From Octopus sinensis (Eukaryota), in the NCBI RefSeq assembly GCF_006345805.1, contig NC_043003.1, positions 76,756,001-76,820,000 on the forward strand: a stretch of 64,000 nt of DNA, given 5' to 3'. This document shows, in pieces, positions 1 to 14,100 of the stretch; within the stretch, counting starts at the first letter, position 1; every line of letters starts with the position of its first letter. The notes under the pieces were generated by a model. That model did no database searches, was not told where the DNA came from, and saw only the letters and a program-made list of their open reading frames with translations. Position numbers and translations under genes: made by a program.

Positions 1-489
1 CGGAGTTTATAATGTTGTCATGTATACACTTAGATAAACTCTCCTGCTTTATTCTGATTTCTTATTTACAGCTAACCTACTGACCAAGCCTTACTTACCC
101 TTCTCACCCAACTAATGTCAACAGTAATTAACAGAAATATCTTGTGCATATCATATACGCATGCGTAATGTTCACAAAGCTTTGTGTCAGATACTACATG
201 TCATAACTACGAGTATTGTTTCTAGTGTTTATGTGTGTGTGTATGTGAGCGACAGAGAAAGAATGAGTGTGTGTGCGTGTGTGTGTGTGAGTTTGCGTGA
301 TCATGTATGCGTGCGTATGCATGTTTAAGTTAACTTTTAGTGTGGTTGGGTTTATTTTTCCCTCATATATGTGGTTTTGTTTATCGTAAATTCTGATGCT
401 TGTACGCTTGTGTTTCTCTTCCCAACCTTCTTTCTTTCTCTCTCTTCCTCACACACACACGCACACTCTCTAACTCTCTCTCACTCACT

Positions 490-506
490 CGCTATCTCAT
501 TCTCTT

Positions 507-553
<47 letters not shown>

Positions 554-807
554 ATATATATATTCGTGTATATGTGCGTGTGCGAGTGTTCATATGTGCT
601 TACTGCAGCTATTAATTTGTGTGGGTTTACGCGTATGCGCTTGGCGGTTACATATAGGAATAGAGCTTAAATGTAAGAGACTGAGTATTTGAAGATATGT
701 ACGTGTGTGTGTATACATACAAACATACATACATACATACATACAAACAAACGTACATAGATACATACATATACACACACACACACATATATATATATAT
801 ATTATAT

Positions 808-841
<34 letters not shown>

Positions 842-1020
842 GATAGATAGATAGATACATACATACATACATACATACATAAATACATACATACATACAT
901 AAATACATACATACATACATACATACATACATACATAAATACATACATACATACATACATACACACACACATACAACCACACACACATAGACATACACAC
1001 ACACAAACACACTCACACAC
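490..1020. repeat. Compound microsatellite block (TC)n/(TACA)n/(TA)n/(TAGA)n/(CA)n
   Basis: Repeats read directly; they explain the MYVC/YIYI/LSLS ORFs here. Confidence 0.95.
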
Positions 1021-2287
1021 AGTCACACAGATTTGCATGTATGTATATGTATATATGTGTGTGTCTGCGGGCATGGCATGTATTCTCACGTGTATATGCG
1101 TGTGGAGTCTTTCGGATGAAATAGAGTTTTATACGAAATGACAGATATGAAATGAGGAAGTAGATTTTAAGGGACAGGGCAGTTGAAACATTATGCGGAT
1201 ATATTTGATTGTGCTGTCATACAACAATCACTGGATTACCGTGTGTACTCCATGTATCTCAGGGTACTTGTTAAAGTGTATGTGTAAATCTAAGCACGTT
1301 ATGTGTGAGCGTGTGCATATGTGTTTAATCCTGCGCATGTAGTTGTGTTTTATTATTATATATTGATATGTAAGACTATGTAAGCGTACGTGCGATTGCG
1401 TGGGTTTTGTCTTCACTAATATATGTTGTTAAATCAATTTTGATGCTGATGTGAGCGCATGTAACTGCCCGCATATGTGTGCGCATGCGCCTATTGTTAT
1501 GGATGTGTTGGTGAGCGTTTAACGTAGCACTATGATGTTTATCTACATTAGCTTGATTGTACGCGTGTTTGGGAATATATTTGGGAATACAGGCTGATGG
1601 GAATATATGTATGTATTCATGTGTGTGTGCGTGCGTGTATTTGTGAGTTCTTTTACTTGCCCATGTGTCGGTACGATCTGCGTTTGCGCTGCTTTGTCTG
1701 CTTAATCTTTGTGTGTGCTTTACGTGTGATCAAACTCGTATAGTTGAAGTAGTGTGTGTGTGTTTCTAGGCGGTTTATTGTGAGTGTTTATGTACGTATG
1801 CATGTGCGTTTGCGCTGTGTGTGTGTATCATGATATACTAGCATGTTATGTAAGCTCGTGTGTGAATATATGTGGTGTATGTGTTGTACTTGATGATTGT
1901 GTGTGCGATGAATATTGGGTTAATACGATCTGTAAGAATAACAATTTAGTGAAAGATAACAATAAAGACCACCGCAACCAATAACAATAGGAACACAACA
2001 ACAACAATACCATCTTCCACGTTCATTGGAGGACCATCAACAATACGACCAACAATAGCAACTGCAAACGTAATTAAGAGAATAACAAGCAACAACAAGA
2101 GCAACAACAACAACGGCAGAATGTCGTGCGATAAGGACTTTCAACAATCAGGAGATAAGTTCAATCGTTTATTGATTATCGATTCCAGTGTTGACAGACT
2201 GTCTAAAATAATAAGAAAGGAAGATGAAGTGGTATTGGAGAAAATAATGGAAGAAGATGAATGGTGTATGATAATTAGAGAGGGAGG

Positions 2288-2367
<80 letters not shown>

Positions 2368-2978
2368 CATACAGACAGACAGACAGACAGATAGATAGAT
2401 AGATAAATAGATAGACGTGCACAGGGAGAAAAATCAAAGAGAGAATGGGGAGAGATAAGTGGACAGAGCTTGTATGGATTAACTTATTCTATAAACTCGA
2501 CCGTATATAATAATGGTTCTGATAAATATTGATATATATATATATATATATATACATACATATATCTATGTAAAGTTCTAGGCACACACCGAGACAGACA
2601 CACATAAAGAAATAACCATGTTCATATACACAGCAATACAGAAACACACAAAGATATTTAGCCATATAAATACACATACAGAGACTAACATAGACATGTG
2701 ATCATGGAAATATGCAAAAACAGACACACTGAGATACATCATCATCTAAATACACAGGGGGAGACACGTATACATATATGCTTCTGGGTGACTTATGTAT
2801 ACACATAGAGATACACAGTAATATGTAAACATGCGATTGCTGCCACACCACTGCAGTTCACAGAAACAGACATTCAACCCTGCACCCACACGGTTTTCAA
2901 GATGTTGCTTCTTCTGCACCTTTTGTGGTCTTTTCTTCGCTGCGTATTTCCTCTCCCGATTTTCCACTGCATTTTAAT

Positions 2979-3363
2979 TGGAAGCACTCCGTCAGTTACG
3001 ACGACGAGGGTTCCGGTTGATCCGAATCAACGGAACAGCCTGCTCGTGAAATTAACGTGCAAGTGGCTGAGCACTCCACAGACACGCGTACCCTTAACGT
3101 AGTTCTCAGGGATATTCAGCGTGACACAGAGAGTGACAAGGCCGGTCCTTTGAAATACAGGTACAACAGAAACAGGAAGTAAGAGTGAGAGAAAGTTGTG
3201 GTGAAAGAGTACAGCAGGGATCACCACCATCCCCTGCCGGAGCCTCGTGGAGCTTTAGATGTTTTCGCTCAATAAACACTCACAACGCCCGGTCTGGGAA
3301 TCGAAACCGCGATCCTATGACCGCGAGTCGGCTGCCCTAACCACTGGGCCATTGCGCCTCCAC
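2979..3363 (-). mobile_element. tRNA-derived SINE (family D, Arg-TCG-like head), copy 1, with TSD
   Basis: Minus strand starts GTGGAGGCGCAATGGCCCAGTGG (A box) ... GGTTTCGATTCC (B box). TGCATTTTAAT flanks both sides (2968-2978, 3364-3374). Homologous to 39237-39602. Confidence 0.85.
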
Positions 3364-4028
3364 TGCATTTTAATAACCAGCTGAAGACTCACATTTACCG
3401 GCGACAATTGATTTTTTTGTTATTGTTTTTCTTCTTTATTATTTTTTTTAAACGGGTCTTTCTTCATTGTAACAGTCTACATGTGCTACCCCTTATTACG
3501 ACTTTATTTCCAACACTTTGCACTTAACGTGTAATTCTCTCAGGTTTCATCTAATATTCTTTTATTTTTCATACATATCTATGTATATTTATACATCTAC
3601 AACTTGTATAAATATATTTTGAAGAATTGGAAAATTCCGCCTAGACCTGATTACCTTGTTGATATCTTTCTAGTCTTATAATGTAAGGTCCAAGGAGGAT
3701 AGCTCTTTTACTTTTTTTTTACTTTTTGCATTTTACATTTTGGTTTATGCGTTATCGTTTTCTGTGCTTCGTTTTCCGTTTTTATTAACATTCGGCGTCT
3801 TCTATATGCTGCCTCTGTCCTTTCGCGTTTCTTCTTTTATTCAATTTTTAAATTTTGTTATCGTATGTCTTTTGTTCTTGATGGATATATTTGAGATATT
3901 TCTCAAGATATGAAAATATTTAGTAGTAATTAAAAACAAGTACTGTGTCCTTTAAATGATATTCATCTCCCACCAGATGTAGTGCAACATTTCTTGAATT
4001 TTCTCTTACGGAACAGTGCATCATACAT

Positions 4029-4091
<63 letters not shown>

Positions 4092-4147
4092 GCTTTCTGA
4101 GGAAATTTGGTAGACGGAAACTGAAAGAAGCCTCTCATATATATGTA

Positions 4148-4206
<59 letters not shown>

Positions 4207-4403
4207 TGTGTGTGTGTGTGTTGTGTGTGTGTGTATGTATTTATACGTGGTCTGATCAATGAGTATTCGGACTGTTGCCATAGTAATGAAGCTAAAGCAC
4301 GCAGAGTGGAGACGCTTGGCACAGATTGACCTTGAAATCTGCTGCGCAAGCGCACTAAATTTTTGCCTTCTATCTCACTAGCTGTTTACATGTATGTGTG
4401 TAC

Positions 4404-4434
<31 letters not shown>

Positions 4435-4435
4435 C

Positions 4436-4502
<67 letters not shown>

Positions 4503-4695
4503 TGTCCGTCCCACCACTGCTTGACAACCGGTATTGATGTTTTTATCCACTAGCGATTCGGCAAAAATAATGGACAAAATAAGTACCAAGCTTGAAAAAA
4601 TAAGAAAAGGTACTGGGTTCGACTTATTCGAATAAAATAGTTTAAGGTTGTGCCCCAGCATGGCCGCAATCTAATGACTGGAACAAATAAAAGAA
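4092..4695 (+). mobile_element. 5'-truncated tRNA/CORE-like SINE (family B) with internal microsatellite and nested insert
   Basis: TTTGGTAGACGGAAACTGAAAGAAGCC, then (TA)n(TG)n, then the family 3' half ending CCCCAGCATGGCCGCAATCTAATGACTG. Confidence 0.8.
4244..4387 (+). mobile_element. Probable mariner/Tc1 terminal fragment inside the SINE microsatellite
   Basis: TA-CGTGGTCTGATCAATGAGTATTCGGAC resembles a mariner-type end at a TA site. No partner TIR seen. Confidence 0.45.
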
Positions 4696-4835
4696 AATAT
4701 ATATATATATTACATGTTCATACATAAATATAAAAAGATATAATAATAATATATATACATATACATATATACATCCGTATATGTACATACTTACATCTAT
4801 ACGCATAAACACACACTCACACCCATATATATTCT

Positions 4836-5806
4836 AAACAACGTATAGGAAATAGGCGAACTAATAGAATAGCACACAATAGTAACCCTCCCGACGAGAG
4901 CAATCTAGATCCTATTAGGAGAAATAGAAGGGATAATAGTAGATTACGCAAATATATATGGTTCAACATACCATACAACTTTGCAGTTAGGGGTAAAGTA
5001 TGTAAGAGAATATTCTCTATCATTTCCAACAACTTCCCACCCACCCATAAGTATAGAAGTATCTTCTCCTACAAAACCATTAGGATTTCCTACTCTACCC
5101 TGCCCAACATGAGCTGCCTCATAGCTAAACATAACTATATTAATATTAGAACAGCTAGATCAAGAGCAAGCTATAGCGACCAACCGAACCCCCTTCATCC
5201 AGATAGTAGACAATATAATCAGACTGGCAGCCACATTACCCAAACAGTTAGTAATAACACCCGCCAACACAACAGAGGCAATACCACACCCATCAACAAC
5301 CAGGAGGATATTAACGCCCCCACACGTAATGCAACACCTCCGCCTGGGATTAACAGCACACGACCGAGTAATGCAATGCACTGCAACTGCATATGTGCAT
5401 CCGAGTGTCCGCTACAGGGCGCATGTAGGGCGAAAAACGTAATATATTCATGTGAGGTGAGTACCCAGTCTAACACACTCACCTACATAGGTTGCTCAAC
5501 CTCCTGGAAATCCAGATACTACAACCACCGGTCCTCGCTGAAACACAGGCATAAGGCTAACAGCACCTCCCTTTCTAAAAAATTTGGGAATTAAAAGACA
5601 AATGCATAGGCTTCAAACTCAGGTGGTCCATCATCGGATCAGCTGCACCTTATTTAAATAATAGAGCGGGATGCCAACTATGTTGTGTAGAACTCCTGAA
5701 CATCTTGAAATTCAAAGACAAACACAATCTTATTAACAAAAGAACAGAGTTCAAACCATCCTGTATACACAAAGTTATTAATACTTTGAAATACTACAAA
5801 GCTTAG
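4836..5806 (+). mobile_element. Penelope-like element, 5'-truncated: post-RT region plus C-terminal GIY-YIG endonuclease, one -1 frameshift
   Basis: Reads IWFNIPY...FPPTHKYRSIF...ISYSTLPNM, then CNC..CPLQGAC..NVIY..TYIG..WKSRYYNH. After a shift in the A-run 5577-5582 it continues WELKDK..WSII..APY..CQLC..LINKRTE..CIHK to TAG 5804-5806. This is the PLE zinc-linker plus GIY-YIG layout. Confidence 0.88.
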
Positions 5807-5943
5807 GCTATTATACCAACTCCCCCATGCAATTTCCTCCCACCCGGTGCAACCTGTCGGCTCCAGCGCATCCCGCTTTCCTATATGTGCGTGTATATGT
5901 GTATGTGTGTGCGTATATATATGTATATGCATATATGTGTATG

Positions 5944-5998
<55 letters not shown>

Positions 5999-7849
5999 AT
6001 ATATATTTCCCTGCATTTTCCTCCTATATATACACATTTTGTCTCCCATATATGCTTTATTCCCTACATATTTCTTCTCCTACACCTATATCCTTCCTAT
6101 CTAGTCTCTTTATTTCCATATATCTATACCTTTTCACATTTCTAACTCGGATGTTGAACGCACACCGCCAAACTCCACTTCCCACCCTTCCAATTTTCAG
6201 TTCCCCCCGCCCGCCCCTACGTGGGCACATTTAGCACACACCTTTAACTTTCAACCACCTTCATCTCTTGTTAAACTTTACCTGATTATATTCTTATTTT
6301 ATTTTACTTTATCCTATTCTATTTCGCTTTACCTTTATTCTTATTTTTATTTTCATCCCTTATTTTAATTCTTATAGCTCTTATAATTTTTATATTTCAT
6401 TTCTAACTTTTATATTGTATTTCTTATTTTATATTGTATTTCTTACTTTTATTTCTTATTTTATTTCTAATTTTTATTCTTACCCTCATTCTTACCCCTA
6501 ACTTATCGCTTTATATCTCTATATACGTCTATTTTTTTTGCTTATCCCTTATTTACTTACCTATGGATCCGCTTTATGATTATACGTGCGTCCGTGTACG
6601 TATGTATACGTATACATATGTGTACATATGTACGAGTATACATCTACGTCTGGATATGCATACCCCGTTACTCATCTCTAATAATTTTCTTTAATAATCT
6701 TTAAAAATTTCTTACGTATTTCTTTACATTTTTTTACATGTTTTCGCAGATTTCTTATATGCATATGTTTACACCTATTTGTATACATCTTTTAATATCT
6801 TATAGCTATACCTATACGCGCGTATGTCTCTGTGTGTGTATGTAAGTGTATATGTGCACGCACATATGGACACACAGCCGTGTGTGCGTGCACGTGTAGA
6901 CGTGAGTGCGTGATTCTTTACATGCGTTCTTATATACATCCTTTAATATCTTATATCTAAACCTGGACGCGTGGGCATCTGTGTATGTGTATGTAAGGAT
7001 GGACGTACGTATGTATATATGGGTGTGTACACGTATAATGTCCGTGTATATATGCGCATATTCTGTTGTATGTATGTATATATGCGCGCGTGTGTGTGGG
7101 TGTATATGTGTTTATGTACATGTTTACACGTGAGTGCGTATGTATGCTTATATGCTTGGAGCCGTGTATGCGCGCGTATATGTGCGCGTGTATATGGGTG
7201 TATGTATCCATGATGGTATGTATGTACAAGATGACCAATTAATTGAAAGAACTAGATTAACCGCTCAACAGCTCTGATTTACAATACACTAGGTCCCCAG
7301 ACGCCCCTGTTGATTTATTGACACCCAAAGCTTCTACAACTAAATTTTGTCAATTTCCTGACCACCGTGTTTGGTCCGTAACCTCTATACATCCCTTATC
7401 TTTATATTTTTTTACATTTCTTTACATTTTTATCATTTTTATTCCTATTTTTATTTTTTTACTTTTATTTCTATTTCTATTTTTACTTTATAACCTTATG
7501 CCTTTATATTCATTTATATTTTTTTATATTCTTTATATCCCCTTTATATCTCCTTATATCTCTTTATATCTTTATACTCTACATTTTTATATTTTTCTAT
7601 ACTTACACTTTTTATATATTTTTTATCCTTCGTCCTGAATTCTCGCCCTTCCATCTTCACGTCTATATATGTATTTATTTATTTACATTACTTCAACATC
7701 CAAATTTCCTCATTCTACATTGAGAGAAGAAAGAGATGGACGCTTCAATTCTATGCTGTTGCCGCATTATGTCGTACGCGAATGAGAGGATTTGCATCCC
7801 CAACCAAGAATTTTTGATGTAACACATGTCCTTGTGGAAGCTGTTGTGC

Positions 7850-7927
7850 GCGGCTGAAGAAGGCCACAGACATTCATTATGCATTGTTATAAATCTGTCT
7901 AATAAAGGCCCGAAACATATGTACCGC
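7850..7927 (+). ncRNA. Minimal type-I hammerhead ribozyme, canonical core
   Basis: Stem I GCGG(7850-53)/CCGC(7924-27); CUGAAGA 7854-60; stem II GGCC/GGCC plus ACAGA/UCUGU; GAAA 7912-15; stem III C-AUAU-G within palindrome ACAUAUGU; GUA cleavage triplet 7921-23. Confidence 0.75.
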
Positions 7928-8691
7928 TGAATCCTTGGCATCATGTGTTTATTTTGATCAATATATATATATATATATATATACAGATATGCGGGCACAG
8001 GAAATGAGTACAACGAAAAGGTACGGAGCACGAGTATATGGAACATGAACTATTCTTTCGAACAACGAAACACACAACTGGAAAAGAAAACAAACAACAT
8101 AAAAAAAGACGCTTCATCAGTTGTTGGCTGTTTTTCTACTCTCGTATTTTGAAAATTTCACAATAATATACACTTTCGATAAAACTGTTGCTCCCGCAAT
8201 GCAAATTAAGTAAAATTTGGGATTTTGCGGAAGGTGAAAATAGGTAACAGAAACAGGGCAGTGAAAACAAACAGGAAGGGCTGCTAAGCCTAAATGAGGT
8301 TGTGGTGGCGAATGCGTAAATTCACTAGGATAGGTGACAAACAAGAACACGTCTTCCTTGTTCCAGCTACAACGGAGAGAAAGAAAGATGGCCGATGTTC
8401 ACGTGGGAGCCACGAGGGCAAGGGAGGAGGAGGGAGGGAGAGAGAGTGACAGAGTGATAGGATAGAATAGTGGAAGAAGAGGAGGTAAAAGAATAGGAGA
8501 GAAACAAAGAGAAAAACCAAAGAGTAAAAAGATCGTATAGAGTGCCCATCAGAATTATTAAGATAAAACTTACTTGGAAGAGGATGCTTGGCGTTCAATC
8601 ATATAATAATATAAATAATATATATATATATGCATATGTGGGCACAGGACGTCACGAAAGTACGAAACTCATACATATATACATATTCATG

Positions 8692-8749
<58 letters not shown>

Positions 8750-8879
8750 CAATTTTTCATTCACTTTTAACCAAAAATTGCTTTGCCTTTTTCTTTTTCT
8801 ATGTGTATCAGTTTCTGTTCTCTCCAGACATTTCTCTTGTTACATAAACGACGCAGACGTTTTTACAAATGATTTTCTT

Positions 8880-9430
8880 TCTTTCTGCGCTTTAAAATAT
8901 TTTATGGGAAACTTAGAGATCAAAAACAGGAAATCCATTTGCACATAATGGAGTGAAAAGCAGTCAAAAGGACTCTGCAGGAGAGATTTATTGAATATCG
9001 AAGAGAGTTTCGCCAAGAGGGAAGTATTTATTCTAAATTGGCTCAGTTTTGTCCATCCTACAATCTATTTCTTATATCCATCAAGCAAGTAAGAACTAAC
9101 TATCCTTCTTTGCCAAAGAAAGGCAGCAGGTAACCCTCAGGATGAAGGCAGTGTGATCCATCCTCCATACTGCAAAATCTGTTCATTATAGCAATACTAT
9201 AACAGTGAAACATTTACCTCGATTTCTACGCATCTCTAGCGAACAGGTACTTGTGCTTGTAGATTCTATTTCTTACTGCAAACTGACAATGCCTACCGGT
9301 AGCACTGAAGGTCAGAGATTGCTGGAAGTTGTCCATAGTCTCCGGGAAGAATATTTCCGGAAGAGGCGGTTCATTTGACCTCCTACTATGCTGGAAGATT
9401 CAACAGAATTTCCACATTATTGTTCACTTC
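8880..9430 (-). pseudogene. Decayed L1/Tx1-like LINE, C-terminal region
   Basis: Minus frames give TMDNFQQSLT / QCYR*ALSV / RCVEIEVNV..YC, matching the C-terminal block seen at 53200-53910. Confidence 0.5.
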
Positions 9431-10476
9431 AAATTCTTTTATGAAATGCAAATATAGAATTAAAATTACACAACTAGCAGCGACAGAGAAACTTAAAAAA
9501 ACACACCTAACATTAATACAGTTATTGACCACTTTTAGCTACAAATCATGTTGACGTAGCTACAATCATTAACAAAACCAGACACGTAGTTGAATGTAAA
9601 TAACTTCACATATAAACGTACAAATGCATACACTTACACAGACAAAATCCCGAGTTCGCAGACACTTGTAACGACATAAATGTGTATGCATTCAATATCA
9701 TACACATTGACTTAACAACACTTACACATATAAACAGAATTACAAGCCTGCATACATAGACACACATTCACTTACACACTGGCACACTGTCAGAGGAATA
9801 CAACGACACTAACTTTACACTCTATCGTTTTCTTTTGCTTTCTATCTTTTTCTCTCACTTTTCTCACTTTGTTTCTCTGGTTTTCGCTTCTTCTCTGTTG
9901 TTATATAGTAATATATTTAACACACGCACATATGTATGTATGCATACACACACACACACCACACACACACACATATATATATATATATACACACACACAT
10001 ATATATATGTGTGTGTGTATTGTGTGTAAATGCACACCAAGCACATGCACACACACTCAGACACACAGCACACACGCACACATATACAGACACACATATA
10101 TATTTATGACTGTATGTATATTTAAATGCAAAATGGCTGTCAGTTCCCCTCGTTGATCCGTAGCCATTACTCATTCGTATCACTCGCTTCAAGAGAAAAC
10201 ACTTCCAAATTCATTGACCCAGTGACGTCACTGACCTCAGTTTTATTTTTCAGAATAAACTTTTCAGACTTCACTTCTAACCCATTATTTTGAACATTTA
10301 ATTGTATTAGCCTCCCATCTTCGCTGAGTCAAGTGGTAAAACTTCTACTTCTGTAACAGAATCAATGTTACTAATGTATTTATTATAAATAAAACACTGA
10401 ATACTAACACTAACAGCAACACAGCTATTATTGTTACTATTAATATTTCTACTTCTACAAATACCAATATTAATGC

Positions 10477-11196
<720 letters not shown>

Positions 11197-14100
11197 GAGA
11201 AGACACCGGGGACGTTTAAGATGTAAGAAGGAAAATACAGAGCTCCGAAATCTATCCACAAACATCGAAAACAAGGACACCCTATGGAGCCAAAGATTTA
11301 CTAACAAAGAATTGGACTATATCCGAGTAAGTAATACGAATTGAAATTTATTACTATTTTCGAAACGAAATGATGTATTTTGACTCGATATTATCTCCAC
11401 CTCTAACACAACACATGTAAACATGCGTGGAACAACACGATCATCCCCGACCTCAAACACCATGTACAAAGGAACTACGAAGACATTAAATGCCACCGAT
11501 ACTATTCAACCCAAGAATAACAATCGAGCGGTACGTACATTAAACCTACAACAAAAAATGTACGAAAAACTACACGTGCGAAATAATGTGACAACAGAAA
11601 TAAACGGACCGGTACCCTACGAAAATGACGACCGTCAAAATAATGGGCCGGACGTTGTACCTCATGTCCCGCAATTAAAACCCAAAAGACGTAAATGGAC
11701 ACGTGAGGAATACATTTCTATCTTACACACATACTTCACAGCAATGCTCTACCCAAAAAATGAAAATACAACAACACATACATATAAAATATGGAAGGAA
11801 AATAATAGAGATATAGACTTGGATACAGCAATGAACCCTAATAAATTAGCTAACGTACGAAGATACATTCTCAAAGCAACAAAAATGCTCCGCAAATATA
11901 ACATCACAGAAAAAGATTTGCCGGAGATAAAAGAAAAGCTGAAGCAAGATATCCTTGCCAAAGCTCAAAGGATCCGCCGGTACGAGAAACGCCAACGCTT
12001 CTTTGAACAGAACAAAAAGTTCAACTCCGACCCCAAAAAGTTCTACCAAGAACTGGGAAAAAATAAAATAGAAGTCACTGCAGCACCAACGGCAGAAGAA
12101 TTGGAAGAATTCTGGAAAGAAATATGGTCGGCGAACGAACAGCCAAAAATAAGGAGTATGAAAATAACAAACTCGGCATCTGAACAACTTTGGACCCCCA
12201 TAACAACTGAAGAGGTCACCCAGGCACTGCAAAAACTAAGCAACTGGAAGGCACCCGGGCATGACAAGATCCCCAACTTCTGGTTGAAGTATCTAACAGG
12301 AATGCACAAAAAGTTGGCTGAAAACTTTAACAGCATACTAGCAGAGCCAGAGACAATGCCTGAATGGCTCACGAAGGGGAAAACCATCTTAATTCCCAAA
12401 TCAAATGAAACAACAAAACCAGAAAACTACAGACCAATAACCTGCCTCCCTACTATGTTCAAGGCATTTACTGCAGTGATATCGCAAAGGCTGAACAAGC
12501 ACCTGGACGAAAACAAACTGTTCCCAGAAGAGCAGAAAGGATGCCGCAAGGGCTCATATGGCTGTAAAGATCAACTAATGATTAATAAAGCCGTAACTGA
12601 AGACAGCCACAGAAAGAAGAAAGGCCTCAGTATGGCCTGGATTGACTACAAAAAGGCGTTTGATAGCATCCCCCACACATGGATCCTCGAAACACTAGCC
12701 ATTAACAAAGTAGCACCAACAATCATAAAATTCATAGAGCACTCTATGAATAAATGGCAAACAGTCCTACACCTCCAAACAAAAGAGGGACTCATGAAAA
12801 CCAAAGACATCCCCATTAGAAGAGGAATATTCCAGGGAGACACGCTCTCTCCACTCCTTTTCTGCTTGGCACTGTCACCTCTATCTGATATGCTAAATAG
12901 AACTGGATGCGGATATAAATGTTACGGCAAAACGATCAGCCACCTTTTATATATGGATGACCTAAAACTATACGCTGCAAATGACAAACAGCTGGAAACA
13001 CTATTAAAGACAGTTCATGGATTTACCAAAGAAATAGATATGAAATTTGGATTAGAAAAATGCGCCAAAGTAACCATGAAAAGAGGAAAACTAGTTAAGA
13101 GTAACAACATCACACTAGATAAAACCAATGAAATAAAAGAATTAGACCAAAGCCAAACTTACAAATACTTAGGAATCCATGAACTAGATAAGACACAACA
13201 CACACAAATGAAAGAGAAAATAAAAAAAGAATATTATAGACGAGTTAGATCAATACTAAAAACAGAGCTCAATGCTAAAAACAAGATAATAGGTATCAAC
13301 ACTTTAGCTGTCCCAGTTATAAGTTACAGCTACAATATCCTTAACTGGACACGAAATGAACTGTCCAAAATAGATAGGAAAACAAGAAAAATACTGACAG
13401 GATCTAGGATGCATCACCCAAAATCTGACATAGAAAGGCTATATATACAACGTATAGAAGGTGGTAGAGGCCTTATACAGCTGGAAAACTACTATAAAAT
13501 AACCACCATAGGACTGCAAAAATACCTACTTCAGAAGGAAGGAAAACTGATCCAGATAGCAGCAAAACACGAGCAAAACAAAAAACTGTTCTCAGTATTT
13601 AAGGAAGCTGACAAATACAAACAAGAAATCATACCACCTAATAAACACAAAGAAGAAGAAGAAGATGATGAAGAAACAACAAAAGCTATAAAACAAATGA
13701 AATCCAAACTAAAAATAGAACAGCAACGAGCCATGATAAAACGATGGCAAGAAAAACCCCTTCATGGTAAATACTGCACTAAACTAAACGCAAAAGAAAT
13801 AGACAAAGAAAAATCCCAGCAATGGTTGAGAAGCTCAGGACTCAAAGCAGAAACAGAGGGATTTTTAATTGCAGCACAAGACCAAAGCCTCCCCACCAGA
13901 AATTACCAAAAACATGTAATGAAAAGAAATATTACAAGTAACTGCAGAATATGTGGAGATGGACAAGAAACAATAAATCATATTATCTCTAGCTGCCCAG
14001 TCCTGGCTAAGAAGGAATATATTCACAGACATGACAGAGTTGGAACCTACATACATTGGAAGCTATGCCAACATTATGGAATAACAACAGAAAAAAGATG

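Noticed and set aside
3290-3363. tRNA-Arg-like sequence (also 39530-39602 and the heads of families A and B)
   Set aside because: SINE heads that continue into SINE bodies with TSDs; acceptor stem not intact.
3877-3925. Hammerhead-like string (UUGAUGG..UUGAGA/UCUCAA hairpin..GAAAAUAUUU)
   Set aside because: Core deviates at positions 3 and 9, no stem I complement, and the sequence is AT-rich enough for chance.
8050-8150. CUGAUGA on the minus strand (8114-8120) within a repeat-like segment
   Set aside because: I could not close stems I-III with the nearby GAAA; at most a half motif.
9157-9378. 73-codon stop-free frame on the plus strand
   Set aside because: Better explained as the antisense of an L1/Tx1 relic; no recognisable protein motif.
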